A stretch of DNA of 32,000 nt from Gemmata obscuriglobus (GTDB taxonomy: Bacteria; Planctomycetota; Planctomycetia; Gemmatales; Gemmataceae): assembly GCF_008065095.1 (NCBI RefSeq), contig NZ_CP042911.1, positions 4,890,001 to 4,922,000 on the forward strand. Reading direction: 5' to 3'. Positions 1-7,922 of this stretch are shown one piece after another. Position 1 is the stretch's first letter, and the number at the start of each line of letters is the position of its first letter. The translations under genes were made by a program, and so were the position numbers. The notes beneath the pieces were generated by a model that had not been told where the DNA came from, ran no database searches, and saw only the letters and a list, made by a program, of their open reading frames with translations.

Positions 1-311
1 GGCTCGTGCGGCTGGCGTATTACCCGCCCTACCACAGCAAGTACAACCCGATCGAGCACTGCTGGGGGGTACTCGAGAACCACTGGGGCGGAGATCTGTT
101 AGACACCCGCGAAGCGGTCCTCGGGTTCGCCCGGTCGATGACCTGGGGCGGCAAGCATCCCACCGTTGAGGTACTGACCGATGCCTACCCGAAGGGCGTC
201 CGCTTGACGAAAAAGGAAATGGCGCAGGTCGAAGACGAGGTTCATCGGCTACCGGATCTCAACGATTGGTTCGTGGACATCCCTGGCCACGAACTGCCTC
301 CGTTGGGATAG
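1..311 (+). CDS. ISAzo13-like DDE transposase, C-terminal fragment (5' end lies outside the window)
   Basis: The frame-3 ORF is open to the window edge. The motif YYPPYHSKYNPIEHCWGVLENHW matches, from memory, the conserved C-terminal block of Rhodopirellula/ISAzo13-type transposases. Stop TAG at 309-311. Confidence 0.7.
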   Translation, partial: LVRLAYYPPYHSKYNPIEHCWGVLENHWGGDLLDTREAVLGFARSMTWGGKHPTVEVLTDAYPKGVRLTKKEMAQVEDEVHRLPDLNDWFVDIPGHELPPLG

Positions 312-333
312 TTATTTTTTGCCGAGTCCCTAA

Positions 334-380
334 AACGCACGTGGTGCGAGGCCATTGTTGCCCCGCACCACGTGTGCGTT
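334..380 (-). terminator. Imperfect ~15-bp hairpin, candidate intrinsic terminator for the minus-strand TPR gene or an IS-end structure
   Basis: aacgcacgtggtgcg (334-348) pairs with cgcaccacgtgtgcgtt (364-380) with a 2-nt bulge. Read on the minus strand the stem is followed by TTTTAG. It lies between convergent genes ending at 311 and 492. Confidence 0.3.
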
Positions 381-491
381 AGTGCCCGATTGTTACCTGC
401 TACACGTTCGGAGAGTTGCGGAGCCGTCGAAAGTCACCGCAGCCGCTCGGACGGAAGAAGCCCACTGCTCACCCGAACGCTACAACCGGCG

Positions 492-1301
492 TCAGCCGTC
501 GGCCTTTCCGCTGCGGAGCCGGGCGAAGTGCGGTCGCGGGAACGACACCACATCCGTTCGCACCGCAACATCATCCCGCTTCGGCCCGATCCCGCCAGCG
601 ATCCGCACGAACGGTAAAAGCACACGGTCGCCGTCCCTGGCGAATTGCGCGTCCTGCGCGTGCCGTGTGTACTCGGAGGCTTTTTCCGCCTGCCGTTGTG
701 CCTGTCGCGCCGTTTCGAACCGCACCCGTCCGAACAGCGAGGTGAGTTCCGCGCCCCCGGGGTTCAAGAAACTGGCCCGCTCCAGAACCTTGCGTGCCGC
801 CGAAGGCCGGTTGGCCTCAAGCAACCCGCGCACCACAACACGGATCACCTCGATGTTCCCAGGCGTTTGGTCAGCCGCAGCCCTCATCTCCCGGGCGCCG
901 CACTTCACCTTCCCGCACCGCACCGCAGCCCGCCCGAAGGCGGCGCGGAACGTGGCGTTGGTGCCGTCGAGCAGGGTCGCCTTGCGGTACGCCAGCATCG
1001 CCCGGCGGTCGCACCCGTCCGGATCTTCCTCCCATGCGCGGCCGGTGAGGTAGCAGGCGCGGGCGTCGCTCGCGTCAAGCGCGAGCACCGTCTTCAGGTG
1101 CCGCCGGGCCGCCACAAACCGTCCGCCATCGAGCGCCAGTTCCGCCGCCAGCTTGCTGCCGTCGCGGAGGATGTCGGCCGGCACATCCGGGCGCGCAAGA
1201 AGCCGGTCCAGTTGAGCGAGAGCGTCCGTCTTTCGCCCGCTGGTCGCGGTCGCGCGAATCGACTCCCAGCCGGTCTGGATCAGGGTGAGCGTCCTGCTCA
1301 T
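492..1301 (-). CDS. TPR-like helical repeat protein (hypothetical)
   Basis: 269-aa ORF with ATG at 1301 and a strong AAGGAGG Shine-Dalgarno 7 nt upstream. Repeats such as ARRHLKTVLALDASDARACYLTGRAWEE look TPR-like. No signal peptide seen. Confidence 0.6.
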   Translation of the reverse strand: MSRTLTLIQTGWESIRATATSGRKTDALAQLDRLLARPDVPADILRDGSKLAAELALDGGRFVAARRHLKTVLALDASDARACYLTGRAWEEDPDGCDRRAMLAYRKATLLDGTNATFRAAFGRAAVRCGKVKCGAREMRAAADQTPGNIEVIRVVVRGLLEANRPSAARKVLERASFLNPGGAELTSLFGRVRFETARQAQRQAEKASEYTRHAQDAQFARDGDRVLLPFVRIAGGIGPKRDDVAVRTDVVSFPRPHFARLRSGKADG

Positions 1302-1528
1302 GCCGCTGCCTCCTTGCAGCTTCTTGCTGCGAGTAATCAGTGAGTGGTGGGAAGATATACCGGTCCGTACCGGGTGTGCAAGTACGAAATCGTATGCCGT
1401 TTATGCCGGAAAAATTAAGGAAAAAACTGTAGCCGCCGGCTTGACAGGGGTCCGAAATGAAGGGGTGAAGTTGGGGCTTCACAATCGCCGATTACGCTGC
1501 CACGGGGGCTCGTTCGCTCCCCTGTTCG

Positions 1529-2512
1529 GTGCGTTGCAACGGAGAAGCCGTCGTGGATTGGTCGCACTTCGGCATGGACCGCGCGCCGTTCCGCCCCGCG
1601 GTGGACCCCGCCGCCTACTTCGCGGCGCCGGGCCACGAGGCGGCCCTGGCGGGGCTGGTGGGTGCGTTCGCCCGGCGCGACCCGCTCGTCCTCATTGACG
1701 GCCCGTCCGGCGTCGGCAAGTCGCTCGTCACCCGCAAGTGGCTCGACGACCTGCTGCCCGACGTGCCCCGGGTGCTGATCCCGAACGCCCGCGCCGAGAA
1801 GCCGGCCGACCTGCTCCAAGCGGTCCTGTTCGACCTCGGGAAGCCGTACCAGGGGCTCACCGAACAGGAGCTCCGGCTCGCGGTGACCGGCCACCTGCTC
1901 GACGCCGCCGGGGGCGGGTTCCCGACGGTGCTCGTGATCGACGAGGCCCAGCACCTGAGCCACGCGGCCCTCGAGGAGCTGCGCCTGCTGGGCAACCTGG
2001 AGTCGCGCGCCGGAGCGGTGGCCTTCGCGGTGCTGGTCGCGCACGCGCGGCTCCGGGACGCGCTCCGCCTCCCGGCCTACGCGCCGGTCGCCGACCGCAT
2101 CGGCACACGGTGCCGGATCGAGGCGTTCGGCGCCGAGGAGTCCGCGGCGTATCTGGCGCACCAGGTGCGGGCGGCCGGCGGCGACCCCCTCAAGGTGTTC
2201 GAAGAGGGCACCGTCGCGCTGATGAGCGCCGCGTGCGGCGGGGTGCCGCGGGTGCTGAACCGGGCCGCGGCGCTCGCGTTCGAGCTGAGCGCCGAAGCCG
2301 GGGCGCCGGCCGTGGACGTGGAAGCGGCTCTTGAGGCGCTCGAGCGCCTCGGCCGCACCCCGCCCGACGCGGACGGGACCGGCGAGGCGGTACTGCTGCC
2401 GCACCCCGCCCGCGAGCAGCCGCCGGCCCGCAAGCCCAGAACCCAGGCGGCCGGCGAGCGTGGCTCGGCGAGCGAGCCCAAACACAAGCCGGGCCGCAAG
2501 CGGCCGGCGTGA
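1529..2512 (+). CDS. ExeA/GspA-like AAA ATPase (AAA_22 type) with a basic disordered C-terminal tail
   Basis: The N-terminal WSHFGMDRAPF matches the ExeA HFGL..PF signature. Walker A is GPSGVGKS and Walker B is VLVIDEAQHL. The last ~60 aa are Pro/Ala/Arg/Lys-rich. GTG start at 1529; ATG 1574 would cut off the signature. Confidence 0.8.
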   Translation: MRCNGEAVVDWSHFGMDRAPFRPAVDPAAYFAAPGHEAALAGLVGAFARRDPLVLIDGPSGVGKSLVTRKWLDDLLPDVPRVLIPNARAEKPADLLQAVLFDLGKPYQGLTEQELRLAVTGHLLDAAGGGFPTVLVIDEAQHLSHAALEELRLLGNLESRAGAVAFAVLVAHARLRDALRLPAYAPVADRIGTRCRIEAFGAEESAAYLAHQVRAAGGDPLKVFEEGTVALMSAACGGVPRVLNRAAALAFELSAEAGAPAVDVEAALEALERLGRTPPDADGTGEAVLLPHPAREQPPARKPRTQAAGERGSASEPKHKPGRKRPA

Positions 2513-2564
2513 GTTCACCAGATTCGATCCCAGCACGACAACGACGATTATTTAGGGGCTGCGA

Positions 2565-3515
2565 ATGAGCAGGGTGTTTAGCGCCATGACGGGAACGAAC
2601 CTGGCCCGCGCGATCTCGATCGAGGAGCCCGCCGGCCCGGACGACGCGTTCGTCGTCGGGTCCGAGAGCCCGCCGTTCGTCGAGATCGGCGGGCCGAGCG
2701 GCCCCATCTTCTCCGCGCCGCACAAGCCCGTCGTGGAAGCGAAGAAGCCCGAGCCGCGGGCGTTCCCGCGCATCGCCGCCCCCGCCCCGGCCCCCTTGTC
2801 GCCGGCCGTTGCCGCGGACGCCGCTCCCGCGGCCCTGCTGTCGGTGCGGTTCCACGACGCCGCGCCGCGCCCGGCGCACCGCCCGGGGACCGGCCCCGAC
2901 GCCGGGCTGGTGGCCCTGCACTTCCCCGACCACGCCGTGAGCAGCGAGTACCGCCAGCTCCGCGACGAGGTGCGGAAACAGCTCCCGGAGGCCACCTCCC
3001 GCGCGCTCACCTTCACGGCAGCGGCACCGGACGCCGGCACCACCACGGTGCTACTGAACCTCGCCGTGACTCTGGCCCGCGGCGGGCAGCGGGCGGTCGT
3101 GGTGGACACGAACTTCACGCGCCCCGGGGTCGCTGCCAAGCTCGCGCTGCAAGCCGGGCCGGGGCTGGCGGAGGTGCTGGGCCAGCACCTGCCCCTCCCG
3201 TGGGCGCTCCAGCCGACGCCCATCCAGAGCCTTCAGGTGCTCACCGCCGGCGCGCCGAACGATCACACCGCCGGCGCCGTGGGGCGCGACCTACCGAAGC
3301 TGATCGCGCAACTGCGCCAGTGGTTCGACTGGGTGCTGATCGACGCCGGCGTGTGGGGCGTGGTGCCGGAGCGTGACGCCACCTGCTCGGCCGCCGACGC
3401 CGTGTACCTCGTGAGCCGCGAGGGCGACGTTGAGCGCAACGAGTTCGCGGGGCTGAAGACGTGGGTGAAGCAGCTCGGCGGCTCGCTCCGCGGATACGTC
3501 ACGACACGGGCCTGA
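2565..3515 (+). CDS. BY-kinase / MinD-class P-loop protein with degenerate Walker A (probable pseudo-ATPase)
   Basis: ATG 2565 follows an AGGGG SD. The C-terminal ~190 aa follow the BY-kinase catalytic-domain order: SSEYRQLRDEV, TFTAAAPDAGTTTVLLNLAVTLA, AVVVDTNFTRP, QVLTAG, WVLIDAGVW. The GK[ST] lysine is replaced (GTT). The N-terminal ~125 aa are Pro/Ala-rich. Confidence 0.7.
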   Translation: MSRVFSAMTGTNLARAISIEEPAGPDDAFVVGSESPPFVEIGGPSGPIFSAPHKPVVEAKKPEPRAFPRIAAPAPAPLSPAVAADAAPAALLSVRFHDAAPRPAHRPGTGPDAGLVALHFPDHAVSSEYRQLRDEVRKQLPEATSRALTFTAAAPDAGTTTVLLNLAVTLARGGQRAVVVDTNFTRPGVAAKLALQAGPGLAEVLGQHLPLPWALQPTPIQSLQVLTAGAPNDHTAGAVGRDLPKLIAQLRQWFDWVLIDAGVWGVVPERDATCSAADAVYLVSREGDVERNEFAGLKTWVKQLGGSLRGYVTTRA

Positions 3516-3587
3516 CCCCTCGAAGGCAGGGCCATTCCGCGTTTCACCTTCTCGCGTGCAGGCTTGTTGGGTACATGGGGCGCTCGT

Positions 3588-4705
3588 CTGGCCGAGGTGC
3601 CCGATACCCGCGCGCTGGCAGTATGAGGAGTAGTCGACGGTCCCCGACCTGCGCGGGTTGCAGGGCCGGATCCACCCGCTGCCGGCGGTCCTCGGGTTGG
3701 TCGCGTTGGCGGTGCGGATGGGCCGCACGGGCCTCCAGGGATCGCCCGGTTCGGGCGCCAGTACGGGACCCCGTTGGCTCACGCGCGCGGGTTCCGGCGG
3801 GGTCAAACGCCGTCCGCCTCGACCCTGTCCCGGACCCTGCGGCGGATCGACCCGCAGCAACTGGAGTCGGCCCTGGGCCGGTGGATCGCGGGCCGCCTGG
3901 CCCCGGACGCCCGCGCGCATGTGGCCCTGGACGGCAAGTGCCTGCGCGGGAGCCGGGACGGGGACGGGCCGGGCCCGCACCGGGTGGCCCGGCACGTGCC
4001 CGCCCGCCGCGGCGGTGCTCGGCCAGATCCGGGTGGACGCCCAGACGAACGAGCACCAGGCGGCCCTGGCGTTGCTCGGGATCGTCCCGGTGGGCGGCTC
4101 GGTTTTGACCGGGGGTGCCACGTTCTGCCCGCGGGACGTGGCCGCGGCGGTGGTCGACGGCGGGGGCCATTACGTGCTCACGGCCAAGGACAACCAACCC
4201 GGCCTGGTGGCCGACATCGAGGCCGGGTTGGGGTTCGAGGACGCCGCCCGAGGGCTCGCGGCGGCCACGTCCCCCTGAGCCGGTCCCGACGCCCGAGCAA
4301 CTGGGGCGCCCGGCCACGTCGGTGGACCCGGGGCACGGGCGGATCGAGACGCGGACCGTGCGGGCCACCCCGCTGCTGACGTGCCACGATCGGTGGACCG
4401 GATTGAAGCACGGGTCCCGCATCACCCGTGCGCGGATGGTCAAGGGTGTGACCACCGTGGAGGTGCTGCACGGGATCACCAGCCGGCCGGTCGAGCGGGC
4501 CGACGCGCGAGCACTTCTGGGCCTGGTGCGGTCCCATTGGCGCATCGAGAACCAACGCCACGACGTGCGCGATGTGACCTTGGGCGCGGATGCGTGCCGG
4601 GTCCGCAAGGGGGCCGCACCGCAGGTGCTCGCGGCCCTCCGCAACGCCGCCATTCACCGGCTCGCCACCGTACCCGCCGACCGCACGCCCGAAGCACTCG
4701 AATAG
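3588..4705 (+). pseudogene. ISAs1-family (H-repeat type) transposase, multiply frameshifted and 3'-interrupted
   Basis: The similarity blocks sit in different frames. LAEVPDTRA is in frame 3, with a stop at 3624. VPDLRGLQGRIHPLPAVLGLVALAV is in frame 1, from 3634. RIDPQQLESALGRWIAGRL...VALDGKCLRGSRDGDG is in frame 3. VLGQIRVDAQTNEHQAALALLG...GGHYVLTAKDNQPGL is in frame 1. VDPGHGRIETRTV...SHWRIENQRHDVRDVTLGADACRVRKG is in frame 2. That gives at least three frameshifts. The TAG at 4703-4705 is formed at the IS5-like insertion junction. Confidence 0.75.
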
Positions 4706-4722
4706 ACCTCATTCAGGATAGC
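4704..4722. repeat. Left terminal inverted repeat of the IS5-like element
   Basis: agacctcattcaggatagc. Its reverse complement occurs at 5723-5741 with one mismatch (g versus c). Confidence 0.85.
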
Positions 4723-4755
4723 GTGGGGGTGTTCGTCCCCCTCCCCAACCGGTGC

Positions 4756-5673
4756 TCAAGCGGCCTTGGCCCGGTGGTCGAGCATCCGATTGACTAACCC
4801 GGCCACGGCCCGAACCCGCAGCGCGTGCCCGGGCCGCCGGTGCCGGTTCACGTGGGCCAGCGAACGGAACCGGCGGGGCCGGCCGATCGCATGCTCGACC
4901 CCGATCCGGCGGCGACTGAACGCGCGGTTGTACTTGCGGTCCTCGGGCGGCCGCTCCTGCCCGCGGGGCTTGCGGCGCGGGCACGCGCCCGACGGGTGCA
5001 GGTCCCGGATCCCGGTGTAACCCAGGTCCCCGAGTGCCCCGACCCGGTCCGGCAACCGCCCCAGCATCCGGGACCTCTTGAGGAGCTTGATGTCGGCCCA
5101 CCGCCCGGGCACCGACTCGGACACGTGGACGATGCGCCCGGACGCCTCGTCCACGGTCACCTGGCTCTTGAGCGTGTGCGCCTTCTTCTTGCCCGAGTAG
5201 TACGCCCGCTGGCTCCGCTTCGGCCGCTGGGTCCGCTGCTCGAACGAGTCCACGATGACCGCCAGCTCGGGGGTGTCACTCAGCACCGCCGGCAACCGCT
5301 TGCGGCGGGCGGCCCCCGGGTCCGGCATCCGCATCGTGTCTCGGCCGGCCTGGGCCAGGGCCGGCACGCACCGGGTCCGGACCCGGCTGGCGGTCGAGTC
5401 GGACACCCCGAACAGGAACCCGAGCACCTCGTTGGTCGGGTACTGGCGCAGCCAGATGACGGTGAGCAGCAATTGGTCCGCGGTGCTCAGGTCGAAGTGG
5501 TCGCCCCCGCCCACCGCCCGCTGCCGGTCCGGACGGTTGAGCTTCTGGCGGTGCCCCGCCTCCACCACCGGGGCCACGTCACGCACCAGCGCGTCGAACG
5601 CCGCGATTGTCAACCCGGTCAGGTGCTCAAACACCACCCGATGCTGCCGCAGATTGTCCAGACGCGCGATCAT
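4756..5673 (-). CDS. IS5-family transposase (HTH_Tnp_4 + DDE_Tnp_4 type)
   Basis: Motifs LTGLTIAAFDALV, LLLTVIWLRQYPTNEVLGFLFGVS, AVIVDSFEQRTQRP, YYSGKKKAHTLKSQV, GDLGYTG, YNRAFSRRRIGVEHAIG are typical of this family. ATG 5673 is preferred over the track's GTG 5685. Confidence 0.85.
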   Translation of the reverse strand: MIARLDNLRQHRVVFEHLTGLTIAAFDALVRDVAPVVEAGHRQKLNRPDRQRAVGGGDHFDLSTADQLLLTVIWLRQYPTNEVLGFLFGVSDSTASRVRTRCVPALAQAGRDTMRMPDPGAARRKRLPAVLSDTPELAVIVDSFEQRTQRPKRSQRAYYSGKKKAHTLKSQVTVDEASGRIVHVSESVPGRWADIKLLKRSRMLGRLPDRVGALGDLGYTGIRDLHPSGACPRRKPRGQERPPEDRKYNRAFSRRRIGVEHAIGRPRRFRSLAHVNRHRRPGHALRVRAVAGLVNRMLDHRAKAA

Positions 5674-5722
5674 GGGGACCCTCACCGCGACGAGATCGGC
5701 ACCGCTAAAATACGAATCCGCG

Positions 5723-5741
5723 GCTATCGTGAATGAGGTCT
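5723..5741. repeat. Right terminal inverted repeat of the IS5-like element
   Basis: gctatcgtgaatgaggtct is the reverse complement of agacctcattcacgatagc. Confidence 0.85.
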
Positions 5742-5744
5742 AAT

Positions 5745-5803
5745 GGCTCCAGCGACACCCCGAACACGCGCACAACCTTATCGGCATCACCCAACGTGAA
5801 TAA
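5745..5803 (+). pseudogene. Displaced 3' tail of the ISAs1-like transposase ORF
   Basis: Deleting 4704-5744 in silico (the IS plus one AAT copy) joins ...PEALE to WLQRHPEHAHNLIGITQRE in frame. The frame then ends at TAA 5801-5803. Confidence 0.45.
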
Positions 5804-5821
5804 CGGAACGGCCCTGATGTC

Positions 5822-6305
5822 ATGGCGGGGATGGCAGCCAAGGCGGTCATGACCGAACGTCAGCAGCAGGTGCTGCAAGCGATGGTCGTTTCGCGGTCGT
5901 GCGCGCGCGGGTTGGCCCACCGCGCGGAAATCAGCCTGCTCGCGTTCGATGGTCTCAAGAACGAAGAGATCGCCCAACAGCTCGGGTGTGAGCGGCACGG
6001 CATCGGCACCTGGCGACGGCGGTGGCAGGACGCGTTCGAGCGGTTGACGGTCATCGAATGCGTCGAGAAACCGCCGGCGGTGCGTGCCGCCATTGAAGCG
6101 GTACTCGGCGATTTGCCGCGGGCCGGTTGCGGGGGCACGTTCACGGCCGAACAGATCGCCCGGATCTTGGCGGTGACCTGCGAACCACCCGGGAAGTCGG
6201 GGCGACCGGTCACCCACTGGACCCCGCGTGAGTTGACCGAAGAGGTCCTCAAGCGCGGCATTGTGACCTCGATTTCCGTCCGACAGGTCGGACGCTTTTT
6301 AAAAG
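5822..6305 (+). pseudogene. IS630-family transposase, N-terminal HTH stub (DDE domain missing)
   Basis: The block GRPVTHWTPRELTEEVLKRGIVTSISVRQVGRFLK matches the IS630 N-terminal HTH region from memory. The expected continuation (EADLKPH...) and the catalytic domain are absent. The track ORF reads on into unrelated sequence and into the IS66 end. Confidence 0.6.
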
Positions 6306-6347
6306 GGTGTAACCGGTCGGGCTCTCGCGGAAAGCAACGTTTTCAAG

Positions 6348-7922
6348 GTAAGCGTTCATGGGGGGCGCTGCCCGCTTTTGCCCGTCGTTTTAGCCCGTTT
6401 GGATACGCGATTGCCACAAGCGGGCATGTTCGGTAATCGAGCAGACGCCATGACGCCTGTTCCTCAACCGCCGGAACTGCCCGATAACCTACCACCGGCG
6501 GTGGTGGCGTATATTCGCGCCTTGGAGGCCACGATCACCGCTCTGGTGGCCGAGGTCGCCGAACTCAAGGCCCGACTCAACCCGAACTCCACCAACTCGT
6601 CGAAGCCGCCCTCGTCCGATCCTCCGCAGGTGAAACCGGCCCCGCCCAAGGCCCCTTCGGGGAGGCGTCGGGGCGGGCAACCGGGGCATCCCAGGGCCGA
6701 GCGCACGCTCCTGCCACCCGATGAGATCCGGACCCTCAAGCCGTCCGTGTGCCGGGACTGCTCGCGGCCGCTGGCCGGAGACGATCCGGCTCCGGCCATT
6801 CATCAGGTCCACGAGTTGCCCGTTATCAAACCCCACGTGACCGAGTACCGGTGCCACCGGCTCCGGTGCCACCACTGCGGCACCACGACCGTCGCCCCGG
6901 TGCCGTCGGAGGCGCGCACCGGATACGGACCTCGTGCCCAGGCCGTGGCCGCCGTGCTCACCGGGTCGTGCCGGCTGGGCAAGCGGGGCACGAGCCAACT
7001 GTTCGGCGACCTGTTCGGACGGCCCCTGTCCCCGGCGATGGTGTGCAAGCTCCAGCACACCACGGCCCAGGCGCGAGCCCCGGTGGCCGAGGCGGCCCTG
7101 GTGTACACCCGCGCCCATCCGGCCAACGTGGACGAGACGGGCTGGACCCAAGGGCGCCAGCGGTCCTGGCTGTGGGTGGCCGTGACGACCTTGGTGGTCG
7201 CATTCTTGATCCGCCGGACCCGGGGCCGGAGCGCGTTCGACGACCTCCGAGGCGGCTCGGCCCAGGTTCACACCACGGACCGATACCCGGTATATACGCA
7301 CCTCCCGAAGCACCGGCGCCAGGTGTGTTGGGCGCACCTGCGGCGGGACTTCCAGGCCATGATCGACCGAGCCAACCCGGGTTCCGGGCTCGGCGCCGAC
7401 CTGCTGGCCGGTTCGGACGAGTTGTTCGAGCATTGGTACCGGGTGCGGGACGGCACGTTGGCCCGGTCGACGTGCGCTCGCGTATACGCCCGCGGGGTGG
7501 GGGCCCGGGTGCGCGCGCACCTGGGGCGAGGTGTCGAGTGCGGGTGCCCCAAGACGGCCGCCGTGTGCCGCGAGTTGCTGGCGCTCGAGCCGTCGTTGTG
7601 GACGTTCGTCCGGGTGCCCGGGGTCGAGCCCACCAACAACGCGGCCGAGCGCGAGGTGCGGCACGCGGTGTGTTGGCGGAAGACCAGCTTCGGCACCGAC
7701 AGTGAGGCCGGGAGTCGGTTCGTGGAGCGAATCCTCACGGTCATCGCGTCGTGCCGCCGCCAGGGCCGCAACGTGCTCGTGTTCCTCACCGACGCCGTCA
7801 CCGCACACCGCACCGGGGCAACCCCACCAACCCTGATCCCGGTCCCGGCACAACAACCATCGGTGAGGAGCCCGGCTCTCGCCGGCTGTTGAGGTACATC
7901 CACATCAACTGTGAACGCTTAC
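6348..7922 (+). mobile_element. IS66-family insertion sequence, single-ORF (ISBst12-like) type, 1575 bp
   Basis: Left end gtaagcgttca (6348-6358) and right end tgaacgcttac (7912-7922) form an 11-bp perfect terminal IR with the GTAAGCG start typical of IS66. One transposase ORF lies inside. No clean 8-bp target duplication was seen. Confidence 0.75.
6450..7892 (+). CDS. IS66-family transposase (TnpC-like)
   Basis: A leucine-zipper-like region (ALEATITALVAEVAELKARL) is followed by NSSKPPSSD. Zinc-finger cysteines are present (CRDCSRPL...CHRLRCHHCG). The DDE region has VDETGW and CWAHLRRDF. The C-terminal block is NNAAEREVRHAVCWRKTSFG. ATG 6450 is preferred over the track's TTG 6378. Confidence 0.85.
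   Translation: MTPVPQPPELPDNLPPAVVAYIRALEATITALVAEVAELKARLNPNSTNSSKPPSSDPPQVKPAPPKAPSGRRRGGQPGHPRAERTLLPPDEIRTLKPSVCRDCSRPLAGDDPAPAIHQVHELPVIKPHVTEYRCHRLRCHHCGTTTVAPVPSEARTGYGPRAQAVAAVLTGSCRLGKRGTSQLFGDLFGRPLSPAMVCKLQHTTAQARAPVAEAALVYTRAHPANVDETGWTQGRQRSWLWVAVTTLVVAFLIRRTRGRSAFDDLRGGSAQVHTTDRYPVYTHLPKHRRQVCWAHLRRDFQAMIDRANPGSGLGADLLAGSDELFEHWYRVRDGTLARSTCARVYARGVGARVRAHLGRGVECGCPKTAAVCRELLALEPSLWTFVRVPGVEPTNNAAEREVRHAVCWRKTSFGTDSEAGSRFVERILTVIASCRRQGRNVLVFLTDAVTAHRTGATPPTLIPVPAQQPSVRSPALAGC

Larger units (their letters stand above)
4704..5741 (-). mobile_element. Intact IS5-superfamily (Harbinger/PIF-like, DDE_Tnp_4) insertion sequence, 1038 bp
   Basis: 19-bp terminal inverted repeats (18/19 identical) flank a single transposase ORF. 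An AAT direct repeat sits immediately outside both ends (4701-4703 and 5742-5744). Confidence 0.8.
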
